Origin: Patellaria atrata CBS 101060
Lineage: Eukaryota
Direction of reading: 5' to 3'
Length of the DNA stretch: 64,000 nt
Assembly: GCA_010093705.1 (NCBI GenBank)
Contig: MU006112.1
Span: 124,001-188,000 of the forward strand
The notes beneath the pieces are model-generated. The model did no database searches and was not told the DNA's origin. It was given only the letters and a program-made list of their open reading frames with translations. Shown one piece after another: positions 53,098-64,000 of this stretch. Positions within the stretch are counted from its first letter, which is position 1; every line of letters starts with the position of its first letter. Both the position numbers and the translations under genes were made by a program.

Positions 53098-56000
53098 ATG
53101 GATTCCCGCATCGAGTTCGATATTAACGAGTCTTTAAAATACTACCTGAACGACCCAGCTTCTATCACAACACCCGAAGCGCCATCCAACCTCATAGATT
53201 GCGAAAACGATCCCGAATCTCTCACTGCAGCCGTAGTGAATGGAGCGCTCAACCCTGTAGTTGATGCGATTGCAGAGAGTCCCGACGCTGTCACAAGGAG
53301 TTCCAACTTCGATACTCTCCAGTTTCTCTTAAAGTGCGCCCCTACAGTTCCTAGTGATAAACAAGCCTATAAAACAGTGTCTGACTGTGAACTCTTTAAA
53401 CAATCTAGATGTGCCATGCTCATCCCCCCTTCTGCGTTGAGCAAGATTCTGGACCTTATCGTATCTGGCCTATCCGCGGAGGCAGACGCTGCGAACGCAG
53501 ATCTGGAAGCCGATGAACAGGATACCATAGCCCACCATAAACAACTCCTCGAAGTCTTCGGTTTTCTTTTACAATGGGTAATCGCCGCTGTGGAAACGAG
53601 AGCAGCGGAGAAGTCTGCGACAGCACCTGCAGGGCGAGGAAGAGGTGGTAAAGGAGCTAAAGCGAAAGGAAGTAAAGATAAAGACACAAATTGGAATTCA
53701 TCAGCCCAATTACAGACTGCACTGGATGTTATGAGCAAAGTACTTAAGCTAAAACTAGCGAAAGTCTTTGTCACTACATCTGAACGGGACACTTTCATCA
53801 GCTTATTCACAAGACCCTCTTACCTAGTACTAGAGAGCGAAACGAGAGTGAAAAGCACCGCGATCAGAATGCACGTATTTAAAGTGTTGTGTATCGCCAT
53901 AAAACATCATGGCCATGCTTTCGGTAAGTATGGGAGATGGTCAGGGAGAGAAAAGACTAATCCCAGCTATCAGGAGCACAAACGTCGATAGTCCAGAATC
54001 TTACCTACTTCGAGCATCTATCGGAGCCCATGGCGGAGTTTCTCCAGATTTTATCTGAACAGTATGACTATCCACAGCTCGCTGAGGAGATTTTAAGGGA
54101 ATTGAGCAATAAGGAGTTCAACAACAACGACTTGAAGGGCCCAAAGTCCGTTTCTCTATTCGTCGCTAAAATATCAGAATTAGTACCTCGGCTGGTGATC
54201 AAGCAGATGACAGCTCTTGCTAAATTCCTTGAAAGCGAATCTTACACTCTCCGATGTGCCATCATAGAAGTCTGCGGTAATCTCATCACCATGCTTAGCA
54301 AGCAGGAAGGCGAAGAACGAAGCGAACAGTCCAAGGGCCAAATGAACGCTTTTTGGGACGTACTAGAAGAACGATTCCTGGACGTTAACCCATACTGCCG
54401 TTGCCGTGCTCTCCAGGTATACGTCAAACTCTGCGATCTAGAAGCGAAGTTCCCCAAGCGACGTCAAGCTGCAGCGGGACTGGCAGCTAGAAGTCTAGAA
54501 GATAAGAGCAGTAACGTCAGAAGGAATGCGATTAAGTTACTGGGGAAGCTGGTACAGACTCATCCGTTCACTGTGATGCATGGTGGCCTCCTATCCCGAA
54601 AGGAATGGCAGGCCAGATTAGACCGTGTACAAGAGGAAATGGACGCGCTCAAGCCACCACAAGAATTGCAAGAGCAAGCACTCGCTGAGGATAAGACGGT
54701 AGACGAGAGTCTGTTGCAAGATGCAACGCAAGTGGATCAAGATGCACTTAAGGAACCAACACAGATGACAGACGAAGAAAGGGCTGCGGCCATAGAGAAA
54801 GCTGTAACCGAGGCTGCAACAGCTGAGGCCATAAACAAGCTTCAACTAACTCACCGGTACTATACTGAGGCCTTAGGGTTCATTACAGTCGTCGATGAAG
54901 CATCACCCACCGTGACCCAACTTCTCTCTTCGAAGAACAAGAGCGAAGTTATTGAAGCAATGGATTACTTCGTCGTCATTGATGCTTACAAACTCGAGAG
55001 CGCCCGTTCCGGTATACGAAGAATGTTACGGTTGATCTGGACAAAAGGGAATAGCGATGAGGGGAAGGGTGTCCAGAGTCATCTCATCGAGTCTTACAAG
55101 GGTCTATTCTTCGATGCTCCGGATTCATTTAGTGATAACGATGCGGCGAATTACGTGGCAAGAAACATGATCAGTCTGACTTTCGGCTCGACGCCCGCGG
55201 AACTTACATCCCTAGAGCAATTGCTCAGCACAATGATGAAGCAGGATCTTATTAACGAAGTTGTTATCCAGAAGCTGTGGCAAGTTTACGGTGTGCAGAA
55301 GAAGGAAATATCGAAGAATCAGCGTCGTGGTGCGATTATCGTCTTGGGTATGCTTGCTCTGGCAGATCCTGAGATCGTTGTCAAAGAGATGGAAATCTGT
55401 CTCCGTATCGGTCTCGGTGAGCTCGGCCGACGAGATCTCGGCCTTGCTAGATATACTTGCATCGCTTTGCGCCGTATGAACGTTGCAACCAAGCAACTTG
55501 GCAAAGAGCCAACTACGACAACCGCTAAGCTTCCAAATGATCATGCTGTCATGGTGAAGTTAGCAGGTATCTGTGAGGTCGTTTCCGATAGCAAGGAGTG
55601 GTTCGGCGTGGCAGAGCAAGCCATCAGCGCTATATACGCTCTTTCGAAACATCCTGATACTCTATGCTCGGAGATCCTGAGGCGGAAGACTAAATACGTC
55701 TTTCAAACTCGGCAACAATCGCAAAGACCAGTATCCCGTAATGCCGACGGCGATGTCTCCATGGAAGACAGTCACCTACCTTCGCCTCCGCCAGAACAGA
55801 CAGAAGAGAGCATCAAAGAAACTAAGAAGCAACGATCTGCACTTGCCCTTACCCAGCTTCTCTTCATAGTCGGCCACGTCGCCATCAAACAAATCGTCCA
55901 CCTCGAACTCATCGAGCAAGACTTCAAACGACGGAAAGCAGAAAAGGAGAAGAACAGCACGGCGGCTACAGCAAAGACGCCCCGAAAATCAACACCCGCT

Positions 56001-56975
56001 CCAAACGCATCCCCCACGAAGAAGAAGCCCAGAAAGAAAGGGGAACCCGAGCCAGAAAAGAAAGAGGAAGAACAAGACGAACTCGACCTCATCGCCGGCA
56101 CAACCGAAGACGACTTCACCGAAGCCCTCGCCCACGTCCGCGAACGCGAGCTCCTCTACAGCTCCACCTCTCTCCTTTCATCCTTCGGCCCCCTGGTCGC
56201 CGAAATCTGCGCCAACGACACTAGCTACAACGACCCGACACTGCAAGCCCAAGCGGCCCTCTGCATGGCGAAGTTGATGTGCGTGAGCTCCGAGTACTGC
56301 GAGAAGAATCTCGGCTTACTCCTGACCATCCTCGAGCGCAGCAGAGACGCCGTCGTGAGGAGTAACCTCGTCGTCGCGCTCGGCGATATGGCCGTCTGCT
56401 TCAACCACCTCATCGACGAGAACACGGATTTCCTCTACCGGCGCCTGAACGACCAGGACAGCAGCGTCAAAAGGACGTGTCTGATGACGCTCACCTTCCT
56501 CATCCTCGCGGGCCAGGTCAAGGTCAAGGGCCAGCTGGGCGAGATGGCCAAGTGCCTCGAGGACGAGGACACCAAGATCAGGGATATGAGTCGCATGTTC
56601 TTCTCCGAGCTCGCGGGCAAGGATAATGCGGTTTATAACCAGTTTGTCGATATGTTTAGTGTACTGAGTGCTGATGACCATCTGGAAGAAGATTCGTTTA
56701 GGAAAATTTTGAAGTTTTTGGCTGGGTTTATTGATAAGGTGTGTATGCCCGTGATACTGCGGTGTTGCGTGGGGGAATAATGAGAGTAGGGCTAACGTGT
56801 ACAGGATAAACATGCCAAACAACTCGCTTCGAAACTCGCGGCTAGGCTACCGAGGTGCGAGACCGAGAGGCAGTGGAACGATGTCGCCTTTACTCTTGGC
56901 TTGCTACAGCATAAAGACGAGGAAATCCAGAAGGTCGTCTCGGAGGGATTCAAGGTTGTGCAGGTTGTTGCTTAG
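53098..56975 (+). CDS. CND1: Condensin complex subunit 1 (Cnd1/Ycs4/CAP-D2)
   Basis: MDSRIEFDINESLKYYL, HEAT repeats (LEERFLDVNPYCRCR, LEDKSSNVRRNAIKL), ELDLIAGTTEDDF and TLTFLILAGQVKVKGQLGEMAKCL. Introns 53924-53973 and 56739-56804, plus a probable in-frame intron 53334-53408. Confidence 0.96.
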
Positions 56976-59900
56976 GGATTTTTATACTACTGATCTACGG
57001 CGTTTCGCGCGAACTAGGAAAGAGATGTTTAGGATGGTGCGGTATCTTGTTATGGAAAGGGGTGGTATGTCGAACTATACTGTGACTTCAGGATGGTACA
57101 AATGTTTTATGATATCCGAATTGCACAGGTGCGGCTCTTGTTTGCGTCCTTCGCATCTATCCATATCCCGTCCCCCCTTTCAACCATGGATCCTCAATTG
57201 CTAGGTGACTCATCCACATCTCAGCCGTACTTTCCCCCTACTCTTCATTTCCTTGCCCGTTGCACAGGCTCCCATCCCGTCTCCAACATTTTTCGTACAG
57301 TAGAGTCAAACGTACAGGCGACTTCAAGCCATCCATAGACCTACCTGATCATACGCTCATACCATACCTATCATCCCATAAGTTGGGGGAAGGCTAACCA
57401 AATAGAAGCAAGATCCGGCACTGTGATCACCACAAATTGTCCGTATGTAGATCTGCAGTACTGGTGTATGGGGATGGCCGATAGTGCGAATTAACCGTCC
57501 CTGGGCCTTTGGTCGGCATGCGTAGGGTAGAATGGCTAGGAATAAGGACCGTGCTAGGGGATGAGATACGTTTCCATGTTGGAAACTATGACTATCTGCT
57601 AATAAGGTGCCTGAAAGCTGAGATGGTGGTGTAAGGGGGAGTCCTTGATGACGTGCACTCAACTTTCCCCTTGTGGGATATGGTACAGTAGAGTTGGTTT
57701 AGGGGGGATTGTGAAACTGGCTCGATAAATCAGTCCTTATCTGGAGGCTCTTGTCCACGATACATGGTTCAAGAGGTTTTCCGTCGATATGGTGGTCTAC
57801 ATTGTCAGCGGATTCTCCTGGTAAAGTCCCATAGTTATGATATCGCGAGTTAAGGTAAGAGGATGTTATGATATCGTGTGTTAAGATAGGATGACGGGTA
57901 ACGGGGAGTCGATGGGTGTGGGGCTCTACTACGTGGTCAATAAGCAGTTTACAACCGTAGGACTGAGCAATGATTCGGGTGCATGGAGGATGTAAAATTG
58001 TCCTGCGCTATCGGCTAAGAAAGTTATTCAGTCTCCATCAAGTAGTATCTATCGAGATGTGACACATCATAATATCTTAAAAACTCCCGTATCTAATACC
58101 GTGATTTGATCCTTCTTAACGACCCACGGTCAGAAAAATCCTTTCCCCCCTTGTGAGTTAATACTGACCATACCAACGAACCACCAAAAACATAGGCATT
58201 GCAAAGCGACGGATAGAGCAAGGAAATTATGAACGGTGAGGTGAGTCTACACTTGGTAGATAGTAGCCGAATCAAAGTAGGAGTATAGTTCACATGAAAC
58301 CGGAAAGTTTTATGTATGAGACGATTGTATTATAGCTATGTATTACTGATTTACGTTTCTTCCGTGATGTTTTGTCTATTACATGCACCATATCGTAACG
58401 CCTCTTAGCTGTAACAGAAGGGGAGAGTTCTTCATGTCTCCCATTTCTCTTGGCCTGACTGTGCCGTTAGGTAGGGGTATTGGAAAACCCGTAAACGAGG
58501 AGCCTCAGGTCCTGCTTATATCGGGATTGGTATTTATATACAGTGAACAAGATGATGTAGATGGCCAGAGACTCACGTGCTACTGTTTGGGATACTCGTG
58601 TATCCAAAGGAGGTAATGGGGCTCCAAAGATCTAAATGATATGAGTTATAATCTTACGGTGGCTTTGACTTTTGCTCCGATTCTTCAAATCTGATAGCTG
58701 TTCTTTAGCCTTTCCAAAGACTTCATATTTCCTATATGTTGAGCTAAGCAAAAGCTATATTAAGTGGCCAAAGAATAACAACAGCGTTAGGGGGCTGGAT
58801 ACATGTTAATTTGGTAAATTATAGCTGTCTACCAATAATAGCTGTGCGACCTGGAAGATCATAGTTGACTAAGTCTATAGCGATAAGTTCTCGATACTCG
58901 ATCAGCATTATGAATACTATGTCCGTTGGTGTCAGTCGAGTACTTCCCTATTAGAAAATATGTCACAGCTGTAATCCGGAGCCGTCATCACGACGTTCTA
59001 TATAGTCCGAAAGCTTGAGTGTTCGAAGCGAGCGCCTCTGCGGCCGAAATCCGGAACCGAATATGAATACTGTTCCTGATCTGCTAGGGTTTTGATGCAA
59101 GGCTGGTTCCTCGTAGGGGACTCTGTTGTGGAACCGGACATGTACAACACGCATCTGCACAGAACAATACTGAATATAGAAAAAATTGTTCGACGTATTT
59201 CAATCCGTATCCATGATATGATTTTGAGCCATATTGAAACATGGCCTGTGTTATTAAGACTGATTGATTAGAATCGTTCATCGTGGTTATAAGGTATCGT
59301 CTACCTTTAATACCATAATAACATTTGCCTATAGTTGCGAGAATCGCTTCAGCGATAGTGTACCTGTATAGATATATCTGCGTCGTTTTACAAGAATCCT
59401 ATTATCTGAGTAGGTAATCTCTTGTTGGTGTTAAGCAATATAGAAGGAGCAAGAAGGTAGGGTAACCGGGGAATTCATGACTTTTTTTTGGGGGGGGATT
59501 ACAAAGCCTTGAGACGTTGACTACGGATTTGAATGGTATTCCCCTGCGCTCTCGCCGCTAGAATAACGGTCACAACAACGCTGTTGACTATGCGGCGTAG
59601 TTGGTGCTAAGGGGGGCCAAAAATAACCCTATAACACACAGCTTTATATAAAGGAGAAACCCGCGCCTAGAAACCTCAAGTGAGCTGAGAGAGAGATAGC
59701 CTGTGATAATAAGTCTCCAAGATGATTTAATAGGACAGATCGCTTCATTTGCCCTATATAGCAACGCGGAAGTGGAATCTCCAGGTCGGCGATGTAGGCT
59801 GCTACCAACGCTCTAGGATCTGGAGAAAAAGCACTGGTTCGGCGTATTCTTTCGACGCCCGATTCACTTTGTGTTACTTCAGATTAGCGTTTTGGGGTAT

Positions 59901-62900
59901 GGGGTTCCGGTTTAGGACCGCTGTTGACAACAAGATTAGAATTAGGCTCTAAAAGCTTGATCTTATTCGCAGTCGACAGCCAGAGGTGATTCTATCTTTC
60001 AAGCCTTTTCATCGCCAAGAATGTTGACTGGCCACTCCTGCGACGAGAACAAGCCTTGTAGGGCGACGATTCCGAAAGGCCGGGCTCTGAAGGGATGAAT
60101 TCTAATTAGAACCTTACATGTCAGACGGGAGGGACGATCAGTCTGCGGGGCTTTGAAGAGCGTTTAACGCTTGTTATCCTGGGTAAAGAGCAACTTGCAT
60201 ATGTCTTTATCCTCGCAGATGATGCCCGCTGCCGCCGATTGTTGTTCGGAATACTATAATGCTGAGGGTCATCCCTGATCTCACCTTGGGAATGCGAGGT
60301 TAAAGACGTAGCAACAAGCTTCTGATGCCGGCAGGAACCGGCGTGCAGAATGAAATCATGGATTAGACGGGCTGACGTGAGCGTATATCGGTTGGAAAAT
60401 GAGGACCGTTACGTGAGATCTTCCGGGTAGAGTTTCGAGTGCTACCATATATATAGATTGCTGGGGACGATGTGAGATTGTAGTTATCAATTTGCGTTTC
60501 GTGGATAACATACTTTGAAAGACATCGAGTTAAGCTCTGGTGTACGGCAAAAAGAGCCAACCTAGGTCTACTAATTTCGGATATGATATGTGGTGGGATG
60601 GGCAAAAGCCAAGAAAACCAAAAAGCCACATGCTTGGTCTACCTTAATTTTTTCACAGCCCAAGGATGATATGAGTGCCCAGAAAGTCATACCATGTGAC
60701 AGACATACTAACTGTTAGTACAGTAGTGTCCTAGCATTTATTATTGTCTCTTGATCATGGAAAAAATGATGCGAGCGGAATGCGGTACTTCTCTCCACGT
60801 ACAAGGAAATGATACCCGTCCGAGAGTCTAGGTCCCGAGCCGTTCGATTTTTAGCAAGCCGCTGAAGTCAGTCTGCGTTAGCTATCACAAGGAACGGTGT
60901 CCTTTTGCTAGTTGTCGTCCGAAGAATGCGAGGAATCGATCAGATGTACTGTACTACGCATACTGTGCAGAGAGAAAGTGTCTTATCCTAAAAGTATAAG
61001 ATATCGATGTGGTCCTCGCCTGATACCGTGATACGAGAAGATATTGCTGGATATATCCTAGCCCATTAATTGTACAAGGAATGGCGGGATGCCTCAAGGG
61101 CTTGGACTGACGGGGAAGACTCATTTTCCCTTAAGCTTAAAAAATAACTCTCTCAACCTTATCTTGAACCTTGTATGAAGCCAAGAGTCTCATCCAATCA
61201 ATAGATAGTTTGCAAGCATTATCTGACAACTTCCAAGCCACTGAGAGCTCCGAGTCCACGTTTCGTCCATGATCTACACCAATCAGCTGCTTGACGTCGA
61301 TGAACGGAAGCGGGAGGCGAGCTCGAAGAAGAGTTGGCACATTTCTATATTCCTTCTTCTTCCAGCATATGGACCGTCTTGAGCGCTCCACACGCACTCT
61401 TAGCTCTTAGTCTACAGTGCACCACCTTGATCTTCCTTTTGTAAGCTTAAGGTCAACTATAAGCAAGGGCTTACGTGGCATTCATTCGCCGTAAACGCCC
61501 GACAGATGATGATATTCGGGTGAGATAATTCCTAATGAAAAGGCCAACCCAACCAGTGCCGAGTAGATCCTCCAAGTTCTTGGTCCTGTAGTGAGCATGT
61601 TAATCTCGTTTGTCAACCCTAGGCGGTGTCAAGTACTCCATCTTTCCCCTGACAATGACGCAGTCGTGTGCTGCTTTCCTCTATGCTGTTATGTGGATTA
61701 CTGTACAGTATAACATGTTGCACCGACCCAGGTTGGATGTAGTACTGCTGTAGTGAAGCGGCGTCGTACAATAACTGGTGCCACCACACTTCGGAGGTTA
61801 ACCATCTCCGTCTTACAAAGCTCCAGGCCCCCCTTGTGGCGTCACATCTCCTTTCGGCAACCTCCTGACGCCTCAGAAGTACTTTGTAGATTTGAAGAAA
61901 TACTTGTAAGTAATCTACTCCTTCTCCAGTAGCCCTTATTTCCCGGCAACCCGCAGAAGGAGGACTTTGGAGGAGATTAGGAGAACGTTGCTCATGAGAC
62001 ACTAAAGCCGAGAGTTTAGAAATCCAAGAAAGACGAAGAAACGCTCCAAGCCAACGGCTTGCCGACGCCCATATCTTGTGCGTAGCTTGGCGTAGGATTG
62101 AGGGCCCAGCGTCGAACCGTCTGGTCCCCCGTAACTGGCTGTGACGCTATCCGCAACGTACCGCATAACCGGTACAGACTTTGATGGTGGTAAAAGCAGG
62201 TTCCCGCGTGGTTAATATAATAATGATAGATACAGAAGGTACGAGAGACGGAAAAATTCAAACTGATAAAGGTCGTACAGTACTTCAACTCTTGAGACCA
62301 AATCAACTGCAGGCCGGTTTAGCCCTCACAACCGCAGAAATAAATCCCAAGGGGGTTGAACAGGAACGCTGTCCGCGTAGATAACGATAACTGAGTAGAA
62401 TAATAATGGAATGCACCGTTCTTCTTAATCTTGTTTTACTTGGGAGGCTTTTGCAATCGGATTACCGGTGCGCCAACTGGTACTGTACTGTACACAAGTA
62501 TTCCAGAGCTTTGCTTCTTGTCCATAGTTACACGGCACATGTGGTTAAGGGAGACGAGAACAAGCCTAGAATTGAGGAGGCGTCAAGAGCCTCGCCGTTC
62601 AGCTTAGTTTAAGCTTGGCAAGCTGAAAGTGATGAGCGGGTGGGACGGTGTGGGAGTGTGGATGACACAGAAAAAGCTGATCCGTGTTATGAGTCGATAG
62701 ATTTGGGGCGCGATTGGACCAAGGAGATGCATTGACAAGCTTTTGCAAATGGAAACTAAACGAGAGCTAAACTCTAAGTTAAAATGGACCCAGCCACTAG
62801 TCTGTGAGCAATTGATTTCCCAGGTTAGTTGACATCGGGGCTGTGCTGAACGGGGACCTGTTGGATTGAGTTTTGAGTCGCTTTTTGGTGAGGAGGATAG

Positions 62901-63165
62901 GAGGTGAGAGCCGGAGTTAACAACGTCTCTTCGCTGTTCCATGGACGCATCTACCGTAAGGTAGTTCTAGGCAGCAGATATCAGTGTAACAAACCATTTC
63001 TTTCGATACAACACTTGACTCTAGAACTTGTTCGTCGGCGTGACTAAGGAGGTGTGAGGTGTAGGAAAAGATAGTACTCCGTACCTTAATGTATTCAGAC
63101 AAGAACATGGTGTGGTCGTACGCTGGTAAGGTAATACAAACATAAGGATTATGCGAGTTTTGCAG

Positions 63166-63488
63166 TAGGGTGGGCAAATTTCATGTTACCAGCGTTACTA
63201 ACGTTACTAACTCCGTGTACATGCGCTAACGTAATCCAGCAACACATAATCATAAGAGCATATGTTAGACTAGACTAGTTAGTCACGTGCCTAGCCTAAT
63301 AAGGCTAATATCATAGGTATACGAGGCACGTGATAAGATGGGCTGGAGAATATATACCTATTTGGGCTAGTTCATACTTATTCTAGTTAGTCGTTACTAA
63401 CGTTACTAATGGTGTTTTAATAGTCCCGTTGAGTAATTCACGGACTAACGTTAGTAACGCGATTCGTTAGTAACGATTGCCCACCCTA
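63166..63488. mobile_element. Non-autonomous hAT-type DNA transposon (MITE), 323 bp
   Basis: Perfect 12-bp TIRs TAGGGTGGGCAA (63166-63177) and TTGCCCACCCTA (63477-63488). 8-bp TSD with one mismatch, TTTTGCAG / GTTTGCAG. Repeated subterminal GTTACTAAC motifs. No ORF. Confidence 0.88.
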
Positions 63489-64000
63489 GTTTGCAGGGCA
63501 ATATAATTTAAACACTGCTTGTCCGTTCTTAAGCTCTTAACCAGACTTACCCAAAGATAAAAATCCCAAAGATCGAGCAAGGTTAAACTCTAAAAGTTGG
63601 CTCGCAAGGCTACTGAATGCTTGTCCCGGCCTTGACGACCTTGGACTCAATTACACTATCTGGAACGCGCACCAAGCCCCGATCGCCTCGTTAGTCGTTA
63701 CGGTAGGGTTGGCTTAAAGACACATTCCATCCTTTCCCATCCTTTCCCATCCTTGAACGTTTGCCCAGTCAGTCAGTCGCACCTGCTCCCTCAACCACAT
63801 AACCCCATAAACCACCCGAGGGAGCCGCACCTGCCCTTTCTTACCCATTACCCATTACCCATCTCAATTCACCCACAACGCCCGCCCAAAATTCTCCTCA
63901 CCTTTCTCTCCTTCTGCAGAGGAACGACAAACTCTCAACCTAACTCACGTTCATCGACGCCATCTTATCCGTACATAAAATACGAGCAAGAAGAATCCTT

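Noticed and set aside
53367..56822. Antisense ORFs inside CND1 (similar ones inside LTE1, CIA84 and NMA111)
   Set aside because: These are shadow ORFs arising from the codon bias of the real genes.

Overview
Gene-dense eukaryotic window from a filamentous ascomycete (Pezizomycotina; a Eurotiomycete-like assignment is only an impression from protein style). Genes carry short GT-AG introns with CTRAC branch points, so the ORF track fragments most of them. I rebuilt the models by hand from splice signals. In order: 3' end of a haloacid dehalogenase, Ras2/RasB, propionyl/acyl-CoA synthetase, Tls1/C9orf78-like factor, DsbA/FrnE-like oxidoreductase, CIA84, mitochondrial rpS18, complex I 24-kDa subunit, Con-6, Ariadne RBR E3 ligase, Nma111 protease, NatC Mak3, PDAT Lro1, a beta-lactamase-family pseudogene, Lte1-like RasGEF, a roughly 10-kb lineage-specific island (small membrane protein, MC-x9-C-H mini-proteins, Cys/His-rich domain fused to a degenerate Nudix domain), mitochondrial rpS17, Cdc7 kinase head-to-head with condensin Cnd1, and a gene-poor tail holding a 323-bp hAT-type MITE. 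No prokaryotic systems, CRISPR arrays, tRNA or rRNA were recognised. The most interesting candidates are in-frame N-terminal extensions suggesting dual targeting (Nma111, acyl-CoA synthetase), the Cys/His-rich plus degenerate Nudix fusion with a motif-sharing neighbour, an in-frame stop-free intron in Cnd1, a probable GC-AG intron, and the MITE. All family calls come from motif recognition, not database searches.
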